64,000 nucleotides of DNA from Deltaproteobacteria bacterium (GTDB taxonomy: Bacteria > Myxococcota_A > UBA9160 > SMWR01), in assembly GCA_032128115.1 (NCBI GenBank), contig JAQBHB010000069.1, forward strand, positions 11,801 through 75,800, written 5' to 3'. Below, in pieces: positions 9,904 to 18,838 of this stretch (position 1 is the first letter of the stretch; each line of letters starts with the position of its first letter). The translations under genes and the position numbers were made by a program. The notes beneath the pieces are model-generated. The model was not told where the DNA came from, did not search any database, and saw only the letters and a program-made list of their open reading frames with translations.

Positions 9904-10851
9904 CTGTCGTCCAGGTCCCTGCGCCTGGCCTTTTTCGGCACCCCCGAGTTCTCGATTCCGACCCTCGAGCGACTGATCGCCGGACCTCACCCGGTGGTGA
10001 CCGTGGTGACACAGCCCGATCGCCGGCGCGGGCGCGGCCGTGCCGCGAGCCCCTCCGCGGTGGCCCAGCTGGCCCAGCGCCACGGGATCCCACTGCTGCG
10101 GCCCGAGCGTGTGGGCGAGCCGCAGGTGGTGGAGGCGCTCGCGAGCGAGCGACCCGACCTGGGCGTGGTGGTGGCCTTCGGACAGTTCCTCCCCCGTCGG
10201 ATCCGCGAGGCGCCGACCCGCGGCTACCTGATCAACGGACACGCCAGCCTGCTTCCGCGATTTCGCGGCGCCGCGCCCATCGCCCACGCGATCCTGGCAG
10301 GTGTTGCCATCACCGGGGTTTCGGTGATGCGGGTGGAACGCGAGATGGATGCGGGGCCGGTAGCGCTCACACGCGCGATCCCCATCGGCCCCGAGGAGAC
10401 CGCGGGCGAGCTCTCGGCCCGCGTTTCCCGACTCACCGCCGATGCCATCGCCGAGGTGGTGGAGCGGATCGCCGGGACGGGCATCGAATGGGTGGAGCAG
10501 GATCGAGCGCGCGCCAGCTTCGCTCCCAAGATCGACCGCTCGGACGCGCGCCTGAACTGGAGCGATCCGGCCGAAGCGCTGGTCCGGCGCGTGCGCGCCA
10601 TGGCGCCGTCGCCGGGTGCCTTCACCGAATGGGACGATCAGATGCTTCGCATCCTCGCCGCGCGCGCAGAGCCCGGACGCGTCGATCGTCCACCCGGAAG
10701 CGTGCGACGCAGCGACGACGTTGCTCTGCGAATCGCCACGAGTGACGGTTGGCTGCTCCCCCAGCGGGTGCAGCGCCCCGGGGGTCGTCTCCTCGACATC
10801 GAGAGCTACCTGCGCGGGCGCCCCCTGGCCGACGGCGCGCGCTTCACGTGA
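9904..10851 (+). CDS. fmt: Methionyl-tRNA formyltransferase; start probably CTG at 9904 or 9919
   Basis: LRLAFFGTPEF N-terminal motif lies upstream of the first GTG (9994); VTQPDR, VVAFGQ, INGHASLLPRFRGAAPI, MDAGP. Confidence 0.93.
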   Translation: MSSRSLRLAFFGTPEFSIPTLERLIAGPHPVVTVVTQPDRRRGRGRAASPSAVAQLAQRHGIPLLRPERVGEPQVVEALASERPDLGVVVAFGQFLPRRIREAPTRGYLINGHASLLPRFRGAAPIAHAILAGVAITGVSVMRVEREMDAGPVALTRAIPIGPEETAGELSARVSRLTADAIAEVVERIAGTGIEWVEQDRARASFAPKIDRSDARLNWSDPAEALVRRVRAMAPSPGAFTEWDDQMLRILAARAEPGRVDRPPGSVRRSDDVALRIATSDGWLLPQRVQRPGGRLLDIESYLRGRPLADGARFT

Positions 10852-10908
10852 GCGGCACTCCCATGCGCGAGGCGCTTCACGTGAGCGGCACTCCCATGCG
10901 CAAGGCGC
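10839..10908. repeat. Tandem duplication, 33-bp unit, about 2.1 copies
   Basis: GCGCTTCACGTGAGCGGCACTCCCATGCGC(G/A)AG at 10839 and 10872, one mismatch, spanning the fmt stop codon. Confidence 0.95.
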
Positions 10909-11010
10909 GCCCGAGCGGGCTAGACTCGTGCGGGGTAGACGAAGGGGTGGAATCTCGAACATGAACGCGAATGACCGGAACCCGCTGAGGCACCGAATCG
11001 CGGGCTGCAC

Positions 11011-12453
11011 ATGACCGCTCGCACCGCGCAACGGCCAGGCGGGCGGCCGCATCGGGGACGCCCCCGCGAACGCGGAGCCGGGGAGCGCCGTCGTGGCGAT
11101 GCGCCCACCCGCGCACGGCTGGTGGCCCTGCGCGTACTGGAGCGGGTAACCCGCGCCGGCGCGTACGCCGACCTGTTGCTTCACTCGACCCTCGCGCGAA
11201 GCGCCCTGTCGGCGCGCGACCGCGCCTTCGCCACAGACCTGGTATACGGCACGCTTCGCTGGCGCGGCCGTATCGATTACCTGCTGAGCCACGTGCTCGA
11301 TCGCGATCTGGACAAGCTCGAGCCCCTGGTGGCCACGGCCCTGCGACTGGGCGCATACCAGCTGGTCTTCTCCGACGGGGTTCCCGCGACCGCGGCCGTA
11401 GACGAATCCGTGCGCTGCATCCGGGCGGCCGGGGCCGACCGCGCCACGGGTTTCGTCAACGCGGTCCTGCGCCGCCTGTCGGCAGAGCACCGCAACATCC
11501 CGCTTCCCGATCTCGAGCGCGATCCGGTCGGCCACCTGAGCCACGCCCTTTCCCTGCCCCGCTGGATCGCCGAGCGTTGGATCGACTTGTACGGCGCGGC
11601 CGAGGCTGCCGAACTGGCCCGCGCTTCGAACCAACCGCCGCCCCTCACGGTGCGCTGCAACCGCCTGCGGTCGACACCCGATGCCCTCCTGGACCGGTTG
11701 CGCCAGCGCTTCCCCGATGCGGCGCGCTGCCGCCTGGCGACGGACGGCCTGGTGCTGGGGCGCAGGGGCAGCCCGGGCCTGGACCCCGCCTTTCTGGCCG
11801 GCGACTTCACGGTGCAGGACGAGGCCTCACAACTGGTGGTGGGCCTGCTGGATCCCCGCCCGGGCGACCGCGTGCTCGATACCTGCGCGGCGCCCGGTGG
11901 CAAGACCACGGCCATCGCAGAGCGCCTGGGAGGGACCGGCCCGGTGTGGGCAATCGATCGACACGCGCGCCGACTCGGGCTGGTGCAACGGGCCGCACGC
12001 CGCCTGGGACTCAGCCGCGTGCACTGCAGCGTGCGGGATGCCGCCCTCCCCCTGGACGGCGTGGGAGACGGTGCCGACTTCGATCGGGTGCTGGTGGATG
12101 CGCCGTGCTCTGGCCTCGGCGCCCTGCGGCGCAACGCGGACGCGCGTTGGCGGGTGCAGGCCTCCGACCCGGCCAAGCTCGCCGACATCCAGCTGGCAAT
12201 CCTGATGAGCGCCTCTGCCGTCCTGAAGCCAGGCGGCGTGCTCATCTACAGTACCTGTACCGTGATTCCCGAAGAGAACGAAGAAGTCGTGGGACACTTC
12301 CTGGGTCGATCCCCCGCATTCACGCTGGCTCCGCGTGAGTCGGCGCCGCCCGAGGTGCAGAGCGTGGTGGGAGACGACGGCATGCTGCGCTGCTTTCCCC
12401 ACCTTCACGACACGGATGGATTCTTCGCGGCGCGTCTGGAGCGGCGGCCGTGA
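11011..12453 (+). CDS. rsmB: 16S rRNA m5C967 methyltransferase RsmB/Sun
   Basis: NusB-like N-domain ([17 protein letters not shown]), [32 protein letters not shown]. Confidence 0.96.
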   Translation: MTARTAQRPGGRPHRGRPRERGAGERRRGDAPTRARLVALRVLERVTRAGAYADLLLHSTLARSALSARDRAFATDLVYGTLRWRGRIDYLLSHVLDRDLDKLEPLVATALRLGAYQLVFSDGVPATAAVDESVRCIRAAGADRATGFVNAVLRRLSAEHRNIPLPDLERDPVGHLSHALSLPRWIAERWIDLYGAAEAAELARASNQPPPLTVRCNRLRSTPDALLDRLRQRFPDAARCRLATDGLVLGRRGSPGLDPAFLAGDFTVQDEASQLVVGLLDPRPGDRVLDTCAAPGGKTTAIAERLGGTGPVWAIDRHARRLGLVQRAARRLGLSRVHCSVRDAALPLDGVGDGADFDRVLVDAPCSGLGALRRNADARWRVQASDPAKLADIQLAILMSASAVLKPGGVLIYSTCTVIPEENEEVVGHFLGRSPAFTLAPRESAPPEVQSVVGDDGMLRCFPHLHDTDGFFAARLERRP

Positions 12454-13112
12454 CCCTGCTCATCGCACCCTCGATCCTGTCGGCCGACTTTGCGCGGCTG
12501 GGAGACGAGGTGGCGGCCGTAGAGCAGGCCGGCGCCGACTGGATCCACGTGGATGTGATGGATGGTCGCTTCGTTCCGAACATCACCATCGGCCCGCTGG
12601 TGGTGGAGGCCGTGCGACGCGCCACCGATCTGCCGCTGGACGTGCATCTGATGATCGAGCAGCCGGATCGCTACGTGGAAGACTTCGTCAAGGCGGGCGC
12701 GGCGACCGTGACTGTGCACGTCGAGGCTTGCCAGCACCTGCACCGCACCGTGGCGCAGATCCGGGAGTCCGGAGCACGCGCAGCGGTGGCACTCAATCCC
12801 GCCACGCCGGCGGTGGCGGTGGAGCCGGTTCTCGGGGACCTGGACCAGGTCCTGGTAATGACGGTCAACCCGGGTTTCGGCGGCCAGAAGTTCATCGAGG
12901 CCACCCTTTCGAAGATCGAGACCTTGCGCAGGTGGATCCGCGAACGGGATCTGACCATCGACGTGGAAGTGGACGGCGGCATCGGCGAGGAGACCATCGT
13001 GAGCGCCGCCCGGTCCGGAGCCAACGTCTTCGTCGCCGGCACCGCCATATTCGGCGCGGCCGATTACGCCGCGGCCATCACGAGCCTCAAGCGGGCCGCG
13101 GCCTCCGTGTAG
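12450..13112 (+). CDS. rpe: Ribulose-phosphate 3-epimerase
   Basis: [37 protein letters not shown]. Confidence 0.97.
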   Translation: MTLLIAPSILSADFARLGDEVAAVEQAGADWIHVDVMDGRFVPNITIGPLVVEAVRRATDLPLDVHLMIEQPDRYVEDFVKAGAATVTVHVEACQHLHRTVAQIRESGARAAVALNPATPAVAVEPVLGDLDQVLVMTVNPGFGGQKFIEATLSKIETLRRWIRERDLTIDVEVDGGIGEETIVSAARSGANVFVAGTAIFGAADYAAAITSLKRAAASV

Positions 13113-13170
13113 CGTCCCTGCGGGGAAACCGGCATACTCGGCCCCGGATCCGCGCGAATTCACGGAAACT

Positions 13171-13247
<77 letters not shown>

Positions 13248-13335
13248 CTTTCCGCCCTTCGCCGGCCCCGCCCGCGAAAAGGTCGACCCCCGTCGAGCCG
13301 ACGAGTAGGATGAGTCCGGTACGCGGGCCCCATCC

Positions 13336-13899
13336 ATGATCCACCGCATGTCCTTTCTCGCGCTGCTTCTCGTCGGCTGCTCCCCCGGCCGCTCGGCAGG
13401 CCCGATCGACATTCCCGTTCGTGTAGGCGTGGTGGCCCTGGATTCTCACAACGTGCCGGTGGTCGTGCTGGAAGAAGAAGGCGGCCCGCGACTGCTGCCA
13501 ATCTGGATCGGCATGGATGCGGCGCATTCGATCTCCGCCGAGATCGAGAACGAAAAGCCGCCCCGCCCGAACACCCACGATCTCGCCAAACGAATGATCG
13601 ACGGACTCGATGGAGGGGTTGCGCGTGTCGTCGTTACCGAGCTGCGCAGTGGCACCTACTACGCCGTCATGGACCTCCAGACCAGCGGCGGCACCGTCGA
13701 AATCGATGCCCGCCCCAGCGACGCCATCGCCATCGCGTTGCGCCTGAACGCTCCCATATTCGTCCGGGACTCGGTCTTCGCGGAGGCGGGAGAAGTGGTG
13801 ATACCGGAATTCGAGAAGCGCGAAGAAGAATACCTTCCCGAACGCCATCACCGGCAGCCGATCGGAACCTCACCGGCAACTCCTCAGCGTAGCCTTTGA
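13336..13899 (+). CDS. Bifunctional nuclease family (DUF151) protein with putative lipoprotein signal
   Basis: [33 protein letters not shown]-terminal [15 protein letters not shown]. Confidence 0.88.
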   Translation: MIHRMSFLALLLVGCSPGRSAGPIDIPVRVGVVALDSHNVPVVVLEEEGGPRLLPIWIGMDAAHSISAEIENEKPPRPNTHDLAKRMIDGLDGGVARVVVTELRSGTYYAVMDLQTSGGTVEIDARPSDAIAIALRLNAPIFVRDSVFAEAGEVVIPEFEKREEEYLPERHHRQPIGTSPATPQRSL

Positions 13900-14058
13900 T
13901 TTCCGACGGGAACCCCGACTGTGGGGTTCGCGACGCACTTTCTGGTCAGCCCAACGATGTTGCGGGTCGGCGCCTCTGAACTCGCACGTGCTTCGCGCTC
14001 GAGTTGCGCGAAGCCTTCCGGCCCGACGGAAATCGTGAATTTTCGGACTCCGAGTTGA

Positions 14059-14087
14059 TTGACAACGCCGTTGTCCACTGTCACGAT
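14059..14087 (+). promoter_or_regulatory. Sigma70-type promoter with overlapping inverted repeat
   Basis: TTGACA-17 nt-CACGAT with TGn extension; GACAAC-GCC-GTTGTC palindrome at 14061-14075. Confidence 0.6.
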
Positions 14088-14207
14088 GCCGTCGAAATCC
14101 GTCGTTTTTCCGCACCTTTGTGCAGCGACGGCCCGGATTTTCACTCGAAGTGATGCGGACCGATTTCGAGACGACGGGTCGCAACTCGAGAAAGGCGGTT
14201 CCAAAGC

Positions 14208-14492
14208 ATGGCCTGGTTCGAAGCCAACGACGGACTGACGCGTGAGGAGCTGGCCTGGGAGCTGGTCGAGGTCTTCGACGAACTCGAGGTCAGTCAGATC
14301 AACGAGGTGCTGGCGAAGAACGTGCCCCTCGAGACCCTGAAGTTCTTCGCTTCATACGCCCAGGATTTCGGAGAGTCCCAGAAGATCGAGGGCGATACGC
14401 GCAAGCGCCTCGCCAATCTGCTTCTCCTGGGGTACCTGCTGCGCGTGGTCGAAGACCGGCTCACCAGCGACGGTGAGACCTTCGGCAACTGA
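14208..14492 (+). CDS. Hypothetical acidic helical protein (94 aa)
   Basis: ATG preceded by AAAGG; genome-typical codon usage; non-shadow composition. Confidence 0.8.
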   Translation: MAWFEANDGLTREELAWELVEVFDELEVSQINEVLAKNVPLETLKFFASYAQDFGESQKIEGDTRKRLANLLLLGYLLRVVEDRLTSDGETFGN

Positions 14493-14517
14493 CGCCGCGC
14501 CGCGCGCCCATCCCCCC

Positions 14518-14898
14518 GTGAAAGAGATCCAGACGGACGCAGCGCCGGCTCCCGTCGGCCCCTACTCCCAGGCCGTCCAGCACGCCGACCTGATCTTCGC
14601 GTCGGGCCAGATCCCCCTGGACCCGAAGTCCGGGAAGCTGGTGGAGGGCGACATCGAGGCCCAGACGGAGCAGGTGATCTCCAATCTGTCGGCGGTGCTC
14701 GAGGCCGGCGGCTCGTCCCTCGTGCGGGTGGTGCGGACGACGGTATACCTGGTGGATCTCGGCCTGTTTCCCCGGGTCAACGCCGTCTACGCCCGGCACT
14801 TCACGGGAAATCCGGCCCCCGCCCGGGCCACCGTCCAGGTCGCCGCCCTGCCCCTGGACGCCCAGGTGGAGATCGATGCCATCGCATGCGCGCCCTAG
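14518..14898 (+). CDS. ridA: RidA/YjgF/UK114 family enamine deaminase
   Basis: APAPVGPYSQA, SGQIPLDP, VNAVYARHF, PARATVQV, VEID. Confidence 0.92.
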   Translation: MKEIQTDAAPAPVGPYSQAVQHADLIFASGQIPLDPKSGKLVEGDIEAQTEQVISNLSAVLEAGGSSLVRVVRTTVYLVDLGLFPRVNAVYARHFTGNPAPARATVQVAALPLDAQVEIDAIACAP

Positions 14899-14911
14899 GC
14901 CCGCGCGCCGT

Positions 14912-15571
14912 TCAGGAAACTCCCTCGGCACCCGCTCCATACTTCTTCGAAATCGCCCACAGGTTCACCACGTTGATGCCCGCGTGAGCCACCACCGGGG
15001 CGATCAGGTTTCCCGTCGCTTCGAACAGGCCTCCCAGCAGGAAGCCCGCGAGCACCGAGAACAGCGTCCACGGCAACAGATCACGACGCGGGGCCAGGTG
15101 CGCCAGACCAAAGATCAGACTGGCCATCACGATGCCCACGTGGGGCTGGATCACGCCCCGGAAGAACGCTTCCTCGCCCACGCCGCTGGCGACGGCGAGC
15201 ACGAGGCAATCGCGCCATCGGAGCCGTCCCAGCAGTGCACCCAGTGTCCGCGCCACGCGCTCGCCCGATTGCGTATGTGCGGTCCATTGGTTCGAGATCA
15301 GTATCGCGATGGCTGCGGCCAGGCCTCCCGCAGCCAGGTCGCGCGCCGGTTGGATACCGCGCAGCGCGGCCAGCCCCGAGGCGTAGAGCAGCCCGTCGCC
15401 AGACAGCGCCGACCACAGCAGGGCCACACCGAACATGGCGGCGTAGAACACCAGGGCCATCCGAACGAACGAGGCGCGGTCGATGCGGGGCGGCCCCCCG
15501 GGCAGAGGGGCCCGGCGGCTCGTTGCAGCTCGGTCCTGCGACTCGGGATCCGGCGTCTCGGAAGGGTCCAC
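14912..15571 (-). CDS. CPBP/Abi family intramembrane glutamic endopeptidase
   Basis: GEEAFFRG, FGLAH, AHAGIN motifs with several TM segments. Confidence 0.9.
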   Translation of the reverse strand: MDPSETPDPESQDRAATSRRAPLPGGPPRIDRASFVRMALVFYAAMFGVALLWSALSGDGLLYASGLAALRGIQPARDLAAGGLAAAIAILISNQWTAHTQSGERVARTLGALLGRLRWRDCLVLAVASGVGEEAFFRGVIQPHVGIVMASLIFGLAHLAPRRDLLPWTLFSVLAGFLLGGLFEATGNLIAPVVAHAGINVVNLWAISKKYGAGAEGVS

Positions 15572-15580
15572 GGGGTCTCG

Positions 15581-15610
15581 TTGACACGGCTCCCCCGGGG
15601 CGGGTAGCCT
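15581..15610 (+). promoter_or_regulatory. Putative sigma70 promoter of greA
   Basis: TTGACA-18 nt-TAGCCT; the same GGTAGCCTC element recurs upstream of tRNA-Ser (~991) and the cyclase (~16280). Confidence 0.55.
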
Positions 15611-15620
15611 CGCAGAGAGC

Positions 15621-15659
15621 CGGCGCTCCCCCTTCGGGCGGGGCGTCGATTTTGTTGTT
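15621..15659 (+). terminator. Intrinsic terminator-like hairpin in the greA leader
   Basis: CGGCGCTCCCCC-TTCG-GGCGGGGCGTCG (cUUCGg loop) followed by ATTTTGTTGTT. Confidence 0.55.
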
Positions 15660-15773
15660 GGCGCCCGACCGATGTCGGCGCCACAGACATGGAAGCTGGC
15701 GCAGTCGAGACGCGCAGTCGAGACGGTATGGGCACCGCGCCAGCGATGCCAGCGCGCCTGCGGAGTGGGACTG

Positions 15774-16250
15774 ATGACCGATCGGATCCCGATGACCCGC
15801 GAGAGCTACGAGAAGCTCGAGGCGGAACTCAAGCGTATCAGGACCGAAGAGCGCCCGAAGATCGTCAAGGAGATCGAGGAGGCCCGGGCCCACGGCGACC
15901 TGTCGGAGAACGCCGAGTTCCACGCAGCCAAGGAGCGCCAGAGCCACATCGAGGGCCGCGTCCGAATGCTCGACGACAGGCTGGCGCGGGCCCAGGTCAT
16001 CGACCCCTCGGGGCAGGACCCGGGACAGGTCCGGTTCGGTCTGACCGTGGTCCTGGTGGACACGGAAACCGACGAGAAGGTCACCTACAAGATTCTCGGA
16101 GAGGACGAGGCCAACGTCGCGGAAGGCAAGATCTCCGTTACGTCGCCCGTGGCACGGGCGCTGCTGGGCAAGTCCGTTGGCGACGAGGTCAAGGTGAGCG
16201 TTCCCCGCGGCACCCGCGGGTTCGAGATCCTCGAAATCCGAGTGGATTGA
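15774..16250 (+). CDS. greA: Transcription elongation factor GreA
   Basis: EARAHGDLSENAEFHAAKERQ, GKISVTSPVARALLGK. Confidence 0.96.
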   Translation: MTDRIPMTRESYEKLEAELKRIRTEERPKIVKEIEEARAHGDLSENAEFHAAKERQSHIEGRVRMLDDRLARAQVIDPSGQDPGQVRFGLTVVLVDTETDEKVTYKILGEDEANVAEGKISVTSPVARALLGKSVGDEVKVSVPRGTRGFEILEIRVD

Positions 16251-16359
16251 CTCGCGTTTGCACCCCGGCGGCCTCGTCGGGTAGCCTCGACCGGCGCTGC
16301 GTTCCGCCGCCCCGTCGCCCCGTCGCTCCGTCGCCCCGGGCCCATTAGAACGGAGCTCC

Positions 16360-17769
16360 GTGCGATCTCTACGCATCAAGTTCACTGCGCTCCTGGTCGG
16401 CCTGCTGGTCCTGGCCTGCGTGAGTCTCGCCTGGGTGGCCACCCAGCAGGAGCGGTCCGCCCTGGAAGCCGAGGTGGAGAATCGGGGCCGGGCGTTGGCG
16501 GCCATTCTCGCCGGGGCCGCCATGGAGCACCTGCCGGGTGTGGAACTGGGCGACTTCGATGGGGAGCTCGTGCTGGAGCGTCTGATGCGCGAGGTGGGCG
16601 CGAGCAATGGTGTGGTAGCGGTCCGGCTGCTGGGCCGGGAGGGCCGCGTGGTGGCGTCTCTGGACGCCTCGGAGCGGGGACTATCCCCGCGGACCCTGAC
16701 AGGCGCCCAGGCGCGCCCCGCGGCCGACCAACGGGGTTCCCGGCTGCTGGCGGCGGCACCGATCCTGTACAGCAAGCTGCGCGTGGGAGAGGCCCAGGTG
16801 GAGCTCGATCTACGCGTGCTCGTGGACCCGGTGGTGAAAAGCACCACCCGCCGGCTGGCGCTGGCGGCAGCGGTCCTCACGCTGGTGGGCGTGGGGGCCG
16901 GAGTCGTCTTCGTCGCCCTTCTGGCAGTGCCCCTGAGGCGCCTGCGGCTGGGCGTGGAGCGACTCAGAGATGGCGACGTCACCGTGCGCGTGGCTCCCAC
17001 GTCCCGCGACGAGGTGGGCGAGCTGACCCGCGCGTTCAACGAGATGGGCGACTCGCTGCTCCAGAAGCAACGCATCCAGAACGCCTTCGGGCGCTACGTG
17101 AACGACTACGTGCTCGCCCAACTGCTCGATGGCCCCGAGAGCGAGCAGCTCGAGGGCATGGAGCGCGAGGTCTCGGTCCTGTTCGCCGACATCCGGGGAT
17201 TCACGCGACTCTCGGAGGGCATGAAGGCCAGGGACGTGGTCGCACTGCTGAACGAGGTCTTCCAGCTGGCCACCGACCGCATCCTCGAACGCGGCGGCAT
17301 CGTGGACAAGTTCATCGGGGACTCGGTCATGGCCTACTTCGGCGCGCCGGTGCCCCACTCGGACCACCCCCTGCGAGCGCTCCTGGCGGGTGTGGACATC
17401 CTGCGGACCCTGGAAGAACGCAACCAGTCCGAACCGAGCGACCCCGACGCCCCGCCGCGGGTGCCGGTGCAGATGGGCATCGGCATCCACACGGGGATCG
17501 TGGTGGTGGGCAACATCGGATCCGACCGGCGCACCGACTTCACCGCCATCGGCGACGTGGTCAACGTGGCCCATCGCCTGGAGAAGCTGTCCAAGCCCGG
17601 CGAAATCCTGGTATCCCAGGCCGTCCAGCGCCGGGTGCGCGCCGAAGTGCGCCTTCAATTCCGGGGAGAGCAACAGCTGTCCGGCCGCGAAGAGCCGGTT
17701 CACGTCTACTCCGTCGACCGGAGCCGCGAGTCCGCGCCTCGCGCGGCACAGGATCCGTTCACGCCATGA
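16360..17769 (+). CDS. Membrane-bound class III adenylate cyclase with extracytoplasmic sensor and HAMP domain
   Basis: Two TM helices, HAMP (DEVGELTRAFNEM), VLFADIRGFT, DKFIGDSV, DFTAIGDVVNVAHRLE; the K and D residues indicate ATP specificity. Confidence 0.93.
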   Translation: MRSLRIKFTALLVGLLVLACVSLAWVATQQERSALEAEVENRGRALAAILAGAAMEHLPGVELGDFDGELVLERLMREVGASNGVVAVRLLGREGRVVASLDASERGLSPRTLTGAQARPAADQRGSRLLAAAPILYSKLRVGEAQVELDLRVLVDPVVKSTTRRLALAAAVLTLVGVGAGVVFVALLAVPLRRLRLGVERLRDGDVTVRVAPTSRDEVGELTRAFNEMGDSLLQKQRIQNAFGRYVNDYVLAQLLDGPESEQLEGMEREVSVLFADIRGFTRLSEGMKARDVVALLNEVFQLATDRILERGGIVDKFIGDSVMAYFGAPVPHSDHPLRALLAGVDILRTLEERNQSEPSDPDAPPRVPVQMGIGIHTGIVVVGNIGSDRRTDFTAIGDVVNVAHRLEKLSKPGEILVSQAVQRRVRAEVRLQFRGEQQLSGREEPVHVYSVDRSRESAPRAAQDPFTP

Positions 17770-18833
17770 GCCGGGTCGGGCTGGCGTTGCTGGCGCTGGC
17801 GATCACGGCGTGCACCACACCCCTCCAACGGGGCCAGCGGCTCTATCGGGATGGCGATCGTCTGGGTGCACTGGAAGTCTGGCGCGCCGCCCCGGAGGAC
17901 AGCTCCGAATACCCGGCGATCGTGGCGCGCGTCGCCGTGGTGGAGGAGGAGTTCGACCAGCTCGTTCTCCGCTACAAGAAGCGCGCCCGCTACTTCGAGA
18001 CCAATGGAAGGTTGGCCGAGTCGATCCTGAACTACCGCCTGGCCCTCAAGCTCCAGCCCAACGACATCGAAACCCTGGATCACGTGCAGGGCCTCGCCCG
18101 GGATCTGGCCCAGCGCAAGGCCCGGCTCAAGGGCACCTACCGCGCCGCCATGCTGGAAAGGGACCTCCCCGGCGCACGGCGCGATCTGGGCCGTCTGCGG
18201 GGACTCGATCCCTTCGACCCGGAACTCGAAACCGACCAGCGGCAGCTGAACGCGGCGCTGCGGGCCGAGATCTCGCGCCTGCTGGCGGCCGGACGCCTGG
18301 GCTTTTCCATGGGAAACTACGCAGCGGCCGAGAGAGCCTTTCACGAGGTCCTGGAACTTGCGCCCGCCAACGAGTCGGCGCTCGGACACCTTTCGTACAT
18401 CGCGGTCACGCGCCGCGAGAGCGCCGCCGTGGGCGAGGCCCCATTCGACGCCGGAACCCTGGCCACGGTGTCCGAGATCCGGGCCGAGGGCTTCTACCAG
18501 AATGGGCTGGCAGCAGAGCGCGGCGGAGAACTGTATGCGGCGATCCGCTACTACCTGTTGGCGCTCGATGCAAACCCGGAACACAGCCAGTCACGGCAAC
18601 ACCTGACACGGGTGCGCGAACACCTTTCCAGCGAGGTGGACGCGCTGATCGAAGCCGGCCGCAACCAGTTCCGAAACGAGGATCTCCAGCAGGCGCTCGA
18701 CCTGTGGCGGCGCGCGCTACTGATCGACCCGGAAAACGCGCGAACCCAGGCCTACGTCTCCCGCGCCGAGCGTCAGCTGCAGAACCTGGAGCAGTTGCGT
18801 TCGGAACCCGACGTGGCGGTGAAGGAGGAGTAG
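17766..18833 (+). CDS. TPR-repeat lipoprotein
   Basis: Lipobox AITAC; repeated TPR ends (ALKLQPND, VLELAPAN, ALDANPEH, ALLIDPEN); ATGA overlap with the cyclase. Confidence 0.85.
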   Translation: MSRVGLALLALAITACTTPLQRGQRLYRDGDRLGALEVWRAAPEDSSEYPAIVARVAVVEEEFDQLVLRYKKRARYFETNGRLAESILNYRLALKLQPNDIETLDHVQGLARDLAQRKARLKGTYRAAMLERDLPGARRDLGRLRGLDPFDPELETDQRQLNAALRAEISRLLAAGRLGFSMGNYAAAERAFHEVLELAPANESALGHLSYIAVTRRESAAVGEAPFDAGTLATVSEIRAEGFYQNGLAAERGGELYAAIRYYLLALDANPEHSQSRQHLTRVREHLSSEVDALIEAGRNQFRNEDLQQALDLWRRALLIDPENARTQAYVSRAERQLQNLEQLRSEPDVAVKEE

Positions 18834-18838
18834 GCGCC

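Noticed and set aside
10839..10908. 33-bp repeat as a CRISPR array
   Set aside because: Copies are directly adjacent with no spacer, and there are no cas genes
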